Source: a virus
Reading direction: 5' to 3' (one strand)
Virus record (IMG/VR): IMGVR_UViG_3300012953_000015
Span: 32,001-96,000 of that record
DNA: 64,000 nucleotides
The notes beneath the pieces are model-generated. The model was not told where the DNA came from, did not search any database, and saw only the letters and a list, made by a program, of their open reading frames with translations. This document shows, one piece after another, positions 58,085 through 64,000 of this stretch (within the stretch, counting starts at the first letter, position 1; each line of letters opens with the position of its first letter). Both the position numbers and the translations under genes were made by a program.

Positions 58085-61000
58085 TGTCTGATGAGAAAAA
58101 AATATACCCTAAAGGTTCTGGCGATTTCAATAATCACAATCCCCCTAACAACGGAAGGGTTTTAACTGATCAAGATGATATTGCTGATTCTACTAAAGCT
58201 ACCCTAAAACAATATTTGAGCAATTTAACAGAGAAGAACAATTATCCCGTTTCAGCCAAAATAGTTACCGACTCTTCAACAAACACTTTAAAAAGTCAAG
58301 ATTCAGAGGTAGATTATTCTGAAAATGTAGAAGAAAAAGTTAATGAATTACGATACGATACAAACGATTCTCAGTTTATTGATTTAAACGAAGATACAGA
58401 AGAAGCAAAGTATTTAAGGGAAATATCAGATTCTGGAAAATTTACTGATTTAAACAATCCTGAGACCACTTTAAAAAGCTTTTTCGACAAGAATCAAAGA
58501 GGTCAAGGACATAATTTATTAAGATCTTTTAAGCATTCTAGAGATTATTTAATTGAGACTTCTGGCGTCGCTCCTTTGACCGATCCTACAGGAAGAGATA
58601 AAGGGGAATTATACAAAACCCCTCCTAATGCTCCTGAAGTTCAAAAAAGGATTTCTGAAGTTTTGAAAACAAATCGATTCTCTCCTTCAGAAGAATCTCC
58701 TTATATAAGAGAAAATGCATATTCTAACCCATCCGCGGCTTTTGGTTCCATCCAGCCTAAATTGGGAGTTTATACTACAAATTCCCCGCTAGGAGATTTA
58801 GCTATAACAGATTTAAGAAAAGTTGCTGCTTCCTTAATGTTAAAACAAACCGGTCACGCTAATGGCAATTCTGATCCTTTCGACGAAAATATGTTTACTG
58901 TAATACCCGGTCCGGACCCCTTAGGCTTTGATCCACGAGTCGACGTTGATCAAATGTTAGCTAGGAACGCTTTTAAAGGTTCTTCTAGACGAGGCCGAAC
59001 TCAAGTAGATATAGGTCTAGATGATGAAGCCGGGGACGGTTTTATGGGAGGAAAAAATCCTCTAGACGGAGATGGAGAATTTATTTCAATAACTGATGGA
59101 AGATCTTTTGGCGCTGCAAACTCGTATCTTGAAACGTTTACTGGTAACCCTTTAGCAGCAATAACTTTTATCCTACAAGGACTCTTAACAGTTTTTGTAA
59201 CTGGAATTGTTATAGGGATATTCCTTAATTTATTGATGGACAATGTTAATCCAGAGAGGGCTGAAGGTCGTGATCCAAGCACGCTTCCTTTTTCAAGATA
59301 CACAGACTCTCCAGCTGCTATGTTATCTGGTCTAGGAGTCCCTCATCTAACTCATCCAATTATTACGTGCATCGCTTATGGATTAGCAGCATTTTTTCGT
59401 ATAGAACCTCCAGACGAAGATTTAGGAAACTTTGTAACTTTGACTGCTTGGTTTGCTAAATCAGCTGTCCTTAATATAGTTGAATTTGTTCCTAGGCTGA
59501 TGGAATCTCAAGGTTTCTTTGTTTCGATTATAAGAAGCGTCATGAGAGATAATTCATCTATTTTAGACATTGATCCTGTAGCTATTCTAGCCGATGTTGC
59601 TTTGTCAACGATTACTGGAGGAATTAGAGGATTATTAAAAAGTTTAGTTAGAGTGTTTTCAGGATTAGCATCATTCAGGTTTTTTATGGCCTGCGCGGTA
59701 GTTGGAGAAAAATGTTTGTTAGATGAGATAAGAGATTTTTCCGGAATAAGGCTTCTTGATAACATACCAGATAATGGCCCTTCAAGAGCGGTGAAATCAA
59801 GAGTGAATAAAACTACAAATGCTCTTGTTTGGAGACACCGAAGCGCTCCAGCTATGTTGAACTTACCAGCTTCCATTCTGGCCGCTAAAGCCGATACAAA
59901 AACCGGTAAAGATGCAATGATAGCTGCAGCTTCTTTGGTAGGGGACGCTGAAGGTGAGAATTTTAGAAGAAGCATGTCTATCAGGAGCAAGAATCGCTTC
60001 ACAGCCGAAGAAGTTAAAAAATTCGAAGACGATTTAGAATCAGAGTATATGCCGTTTTATTTTCATGATTTAAGAACAAACGAGATTATATCTTTCCACG
60101 CTTTTGTTGATAGCATAACGGACTCATTCACAGCCCAATATCAAGACACTCCAGCTTATGGAAGAGTAGATCCTGTGAAGATTTATAAGAGTACGACTCG
60201 AGCGATTAATCTTTCTTTTAATTTGATATCAACTTCACAAGAAGATTTTGATTCAATGTGGTTCAGCGTCAACAAACTTACACAAATGGTTTACCCTCAA
60301 TGGTCTAAAGGTAGAAAAGTATCTGATGCTACTAATAAATTTATTATGCCGTTTTCTCAAATACCAACTGCTAGTCCGATGATAAGGATAAGGTTAGGAG
60401 ACTTTGTTAGATCGAATGGTACGAAATTTGCTTTAGCTAGACTTTTTGGTGCAGGCCAAGGAACAGATATTTTTTCTTACGGTGAAGGCAAATCCGGAGC
60501 AGACATCGAGGAAAAGTCTCAAAAATCCTTAGACGATTTTAAGAAAATATCAGCGCAGTCTTTTAATACGAAAGATGAGAAGAAAGCTTTTGCTGAAAAA
60601 CAAGTGGTTATTTTAAAAAGATCTACTTCTCATGGTTATACTACTTACGAAGATTCTGATATGGGTTTTCTTGCTTCTTTAGTTAGCCCTACCTCACTTC
60701 CTACTCAAACATGGACCCGCGCAGATGCTCTAGTAAAAATTGAAGAAATTCAAGACCGTCCAGACTCTCCCCAAGGAAGAGAAGTAGACTTAGGAAAGTT
60801 AAAAGATGAATCTGCACTTTCTAAGAAACCATACCAATACAAGGTTTCATTTGTTAACGATAAAGATCCTGCTAACCCAAATCAGGACACCAAAAATTAT
60901 ATGCTTGTATTAGCTACAGATTTAAAAGTGATAAAAGAGCAAAAACCTAAGCAAGAAGATGTTCAACTTGACATGGATTTAGAAAAATCATCTCAAGCTT

Positions 61001-61380
61001 TTTTCGCATCTAAAAATAATTCTATAATGAAAGCTTTTGAATCTACTCGCGGTAGAGGGTTAGCCGGTTTTATTACCAGCATGAATTTTGATTATTCTCA
61101 ATCAACATATGAGGTCGGATCTTTGACGAGAAGAGCTCCCATGTTTTTGAAAGTTACCATGACTTTTGCTCCGATTCATGACATTCCACCAGGTATGGAT
61201 GCTGATGGTGGCAATAGAGCTCCTATATATCCAGTTGGAGCAATATCTGCGCATTTAGCTGGAGACGAGTTGGCTAACAGTCCGCAGTTTGGAACTTTGA
61301 ATAAACCAGACGGGGTAAAGGATAAATTTACAGCTGCTCATACAAAATTAGCAGAAATAAATAAGGATAAAAAGAAATGA
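58084..61380 (+). CDS. Baseplate hub / tube-initiator-like protein with hydrophobic segments
   Basis: FHAFVDSITDSF..YGRVDPVKIY..TTRAINLSF and GFITSMNFDY tube-fold-like motifs; lies after the tape measure. Confidence 0.6.
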   Translation: MSDEKKIYPKGSGDFNNHNPPNNGRVLTDQDDIADSTKATLKQYLSNLTEKNNYPVSAKIVTDSSTNTLKSQDSEVDYSENVEEKVNELRYDTNDSQFIDLNEDTEEAKYLREISDSGKFTDLNNPETTLKSFFDKNQRGQGHNLLRSFKHSRDYLIETSGVAPLTDPTGRDKGELYKTPPNAPEVQKRISEVLKTNRFSPSEESPYIRENAYSNPSAAFGSIQPKLGVYTTNSPLGDLAITDLRKVAASLMLKQTGHANGNSDPFDENMFTVIPGPDPLGFDPRVDVDQMLARNAFKGSSRRGRTQVDIGLDDEAGDGFMGGKNPLDGDGEFISITDGRSFGAANSYLETFTGNPLAAITFILQGLLTVFVTGIVIGIFLNLLMDNVNPERAEGRDPSTLPFSRYTDSPAAMLSGLGVPHLTHPIITCIAYGLAAFFRIEPPDEDLGNFVTLTAWFAKSAVLNIVEFVPRLMESQGFFVSIIRSVMRDNSSILDIDPVAILADVALSTITGGIRGLLKSLVRVFSGLASFRFFMACAVVGEKCLLDEIRDFSGIRLLDNIPDNGPSRAVKSRVNKTTNALVWRHRSAPAMLNLPASILAAKADTKTGKDAMIAAASLVGDAEGENFRRSMSIRSKNRFTAEEVKKFEDDLESEYMPFYFHDLRTNEIISFHAFVDSITDSFTAQYQDTPAYGRVDPVKIYKSTTRAINLSFNLISTSQEDFDSMWFSVNKLTQMVYPQWSKGRKVSDATNKFIMPFSQIPTASPMIRIRLGDFVRSNGTKFALARLFGAGQGTDIFSYGEGKSGADIEEKSQKSLDDFKKISAQSFNTKDEKKAFAEKQVVILKRSTSHGYTTYEDSDMGFLASLVSPTSLPTQTWTRADALVKIEEIQDRPDSPQGREVDLGKLKDESALSKKPYQYKVSFVNDKDPANPNQDTKNYMLVLATDLKVIKEQKPKQEDVQLDMDLEKSSQAFFASKNNSIMKAFESTRGRGLAGFITSMNFDYSQSTYEVGSLTRRAPMFLKVTMTFAPIHDIPPGMDADGGNRAPIYPVGAISAHLAGDELANSPQFGTLNKPDGVKDKFTAAHTKLAEINKDKKK

Positions 61381-61664
61381 GAAGATACGCAACAGCGCCG
61401 CTTCTTTCAGGTGGAACTTTTTACGGAACTTTCGTTCCAGGTAAAATATTAAGAGAAGCAGCGCAATCCGGTCAGATCTCAGTTAGGCAAGATTTTCTGA
61501 GAGAAGGTGAGAGGCTGGACACTATTGCTGGTTCTATGTATGGAGATGCTAGATTATGGTGGGTAATAGCCGGTTGTAGCGGTATAGGTTGGTCTCTGCA
61601 AGTACCTGCAGGAACTTCTTTGTTAATACCTACTGATTTAGCTGAAGTAGCTACCTTGGTGTGA
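61377..61664 (+). CDS. LysM-like baseplate wedge protein (gp53/gpX-like)
   Basis: GERLDTIAGSMYGDARLWWVIA...G..LLIP. Confidence 0.8.
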   Translation: MRRYATAPLLSGGTFYGTFVPGKILREAAQSGQISVRQDFLREGERLDTIAGSMYGDARLWWVIAGCSGIGWSLQVPAGTSLLIPTDLAEVATLV

Positions 61665-61665
61665 T

Positions 61666-64000
61666 ATGACTAAAAGAATGGAACCAACGAAACTTGATCT
61701 AGCAATAGACGATTTAAAATCATATTTCGCAATAACAACCCAATCAGATTTTTTTAACGTAATGATTAGTGCTCAAGGAATTGAAGATCCAGCAGCTAAG
61801 ATGAAAACGCTTGGTGCAGCTCAAGAAAAGTTTCAAAAAAGCCAATTTAGTAATTTAACTAAACCAAACGAAAAAGAAAAAGATAGAGGAATTTCAAAGA
61901 TAATAAATATGCTTCAATCGCAGCAGGCTGCCTTTTTCGCGCATGAAATAATTTCAGAAATGAGTCAATATATGACGGGCGATAGCGCGGCTGCTAACGC
62001 TAAAGAATTAAAAAAAATAATAACTGTTGTTTATGAAAATACTGATAAAGAATTCTTAAAATTTGGTAAAGAAAACCCAGGTAGAAAGACATCTATTAAA
62101 GAATTAACGCGTAACCTTAATGTTCCTACAAAGAATAAAAACCCTGAAGAACTGTTGATAAATAAAGCGACAACTAAGCCCACTAAGAAACAGCCAGCTT
62201 TATCAGCTTTTGTAGTTAGGAGTAATTCTTTAAATCCAGCTACTAGAAATTCGTCTGCGCCTGAGTTATTTTTTAGTTCTATTCCTAATATCGAGATGTC
62301 TAGATGCGTTCCTTTTTTAGATATTACTGTTATACCTTCCTCCCCAGCTTTAGACGACAAAGGCCGGCCTCAAACAGTTTCTATTACTCAGTTTTTGTTA
62401 GGCAATGCTACTATCGACGGTTCAGCTAGCAAATCTATTGCTAAAGCTCACGACGTAAATGTAAGAAAAAACATATTCAAGTCACAATCAGAATCGGGAA
62501 AAGACACACGTTCTAAGGCATCTGCTGGCATGGAAATATTTACTTCACCTCAAACAATGGTTAATGCTGATGAATCTTATACTGTAGATTCACCAACCAA
62601 CAGGCAAACTTCCGTGATTGATAGGTTTCGGCCTCTAATGAGTATAAAAGGGTTTAAAGTAAATTTAGTTCCTTCTGCTGGTCTTATGACTTATAAGAAT
62701 GCAGAACTAACTGTTGTTCTGCATGATCGATCTAGACTAGCAGAAGTTACTGAATTGATAAAACCCGATCTTTATGGTAAAACTGAACTTTTGATTACTT
62801 ACGGATGGTCTCATCCAGACGGAAATGTTCCAGGTAACGTTTACGGGAGGTTTTTAGATTCTTTAAAATGCACAGAAAAATATGGAATAGTTAATTCAAA
62901 TTATACTTTCGATCCTGTAGGTCAGGTTAATATCAATATAAAGCTATCTTTAAAAGGTACACCAGCTCTAGATTTGTCAGATATAACTTCAGATTCTGAT
63001 GCTGATAACGCATTGAAAGGAGTTAAAAAATTAGCCACTGCAGTAAGAGCTGCAAGGAAAAAACTCGGCTCTGTAAAAAAGAAAAAAGGAGCTAAGTCAG
63101 TATCAAGCGCTTCAGTTCTAGGGAAGTTATCAGATACTTCTCGTGCTATGAGATTAACTCCAGAAGCTGAAGAGAATCTTGACGAATATATAACTAAGGC
63201 ATCAACTAGTACGAATCCAGATGTGAAATTGCTAGTAGCTGCTTTGAAAAAAATGAAGACTGCAGTATCTGAAGCACAGGAAACCATGGCAACATTATCT
63301 GCTAATAAAGTAGAAAAATTACAATTTAATAGAAAAAATGAGCCTGATACTTTCTCGATGGTTTCTGTAAGGAAAAAAGGCCAAAAGAAGAAGAAGAACG
63401 CTAGCAAGCTATCAAAAACTGAACAAGAAGCTATAATCGATCCTTTTATGGTAGGCTTAAATGGTACTAAGGGAGAAAATTCATACCTCAAAATTGAAAA
63501 AGATGATTCTCGTTATGTATCTCTTGGAAGCTTGCTTCTTCAGTATGTTGGGTATCCTCTTACTAGGACTGGACAGTTTGATGAAGTCCAATTTATTTTT
63601 TATTCTTTCAATGAATATGCTTCGTATGTTAGAGGCATACCAATTTGCTCTTTTCCTATATACTTTCCAGACTTTGAAAAAGAGTTTAAAGCAGTCACAA
63701 AAACTTCTACAAAAATGTCTTTGAATCAGTTTCTTAAGTTTCTAACTTCAAAGTTCGTCTCGAGCCAATCCTCTAGGGCTTATGGCCTTAGAGACGAACT
63801 TTATGAAGAAGATAAAAAAACTGGAAAGCAAGTGCTTAAAGAAAAATATAAAGAAGCAACTATAGTAAAAGGAGAAAAAGATTTAAGGCTAGAAGACGCT
63901 TATGGCGAAGTTGCAGTTTTAAACTTTAAAGTTCCTAGAATACAAATGCACGCTGAGTGTTTAGATGGTAAAACAGGAGATCAGTCGATATACAGAGTTC
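61666..64000 (+). CDS. Baseplate hub-like protein, 3'-truncated (absent from the ORF track)
   Basis: ATG 61666 (MTKRMEPTKLD...) appears open in frame 1 to the window end; contains LHDRSRLAE, LLITYGWSHP and YGIVNSNYTFD..GQVNINIKL; follows the LysM gene. Confidence 0.65.
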   Translation, partial: MTKRMEPTKLDLAIDDLKSYFAITTQSDFFNVMISAQGIEDPAAKMKTLGAAQEKFQKSQFSNLTKPNEKEKDRGISKIINMLQSQQAAFFAHEIISEMSQYMTGDSAAANAKELKKIITVVYENTDKEFLKFGKENPGRKTSIKELTRNLNVPTKNKNPEELLINKATTKPTKKQPALSAFVVRSNSLNPATRNSSAPELFFSSIPNIEMSRCVPFLDITVIPSSPALDDKGRPQTVSITQFLLGNATIDGSASKSIAKAHDVNVRKNIFKSQSESGKDTRSKASAGMEIFTSPQTMVNADESYTVDSPTNRQTSVIDRFRPLMSIKGFKVNLVPSAGLMTYKNAELTVVLHDRSRLAEVTELIKPDLYGKTELLITYGWSHPDGNVPGNVYGRFLDSLKCTEKYGIVNSNYTFDPVGQVNINIKLSLKGTPALDLSDITSDSDADNALKGVKKLATAVRAARKKLGSVKKKKGAKSVSSASVLGKLSDTSRAMRLTPEAEENLDEYITKASTSTNPDVKLLVAALKKMKTAVSEAQETMATLSANKVEKLQFNRKNEPDTFSMVSVRKKGQKKKKNASKLSKTEQEAIIDPFMVGLNGTKGENSYLKIEKDDSRYVSLGSLLLQYVGYPLTRTGQFDEVQFIFYSFNEYASYVRGIPICSFPIYFPDFEKEFKAVTKTSTKMSLNQFLKFLTSKFVSSQSSRAYGLRDELYEEDKKTGKQVLKEKYKEATIVKGEKDLRLEDAYGEVAVLNFKVPRIQMHAECLDGKTGDQSIYRV

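Noticed and set aside
1-64000. Stop-codon reassignment as seen in some large phages
   Set aside because: Code 11 gives dense, full-length genes, and TAA, TAG and TGA all end genes at sensible positions.
1-64000. CRISPR arrays, tRNAs, introns/inteins, DGR or IS elements
   Set aside because: None seen. Intergenic gaps are short, and terminase, primase, portal and capsid ORFs are uninterrupted.
42847-64000. Bacterial eCIS/tailocin locus (multiple sheaths)
   Set aside because: Contiguous with terminase, portal, protease, capsid and neck genes, so it is a complete phage morphogenesis region.

Overview
This 64-kb window is an AT-rich piece of a large (probably jumbo) T4-superfamily myovirus genome. 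All credible genes are on the + strand and read in standard code 11. In order it holds: a 5'-truncated giant ORF (>3990 aa) and four baseplate/tail-associated proteins; a RuvC-like resolvase, a primase and a fused SbcD-SbcC (gp47-gp46) nuclease-ATPase; terminase, portal, prohead protease, small head proteins, scaffold and major capsid protein; a Zeta-toxin-like P-loop kinase; three paralogous decoration-like proteins; neck and tail-terminator proteins; two tandem tail sheath genes; tail tube, a chaperone pair, tape measure and baseplate genes (the last one 3'-truncated). The most notable signal is a 73-nt 5' leader present in two diverged copies (37237-37309, 37976-38048). Its substitutions covary in four helices, giving a nested double pseudoknot that loops out the Shine-Dalgarno and pairs up to the start codon. 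I do not recognise it as a named RNA family, though I could not search Rfam. Other signals: an 18-bp hairpin hiding the SD and AUG of the neck gene with a promoter motif in its loop; a candidate +1/-2 frameshift in the chaperone pair; a capsid-targeting-like C-terminal motif on the kinase; and a plug-in domain shared by sheath and decoration proteins. Functional calls rest on motif recognition and gene order only; no database searches were run.
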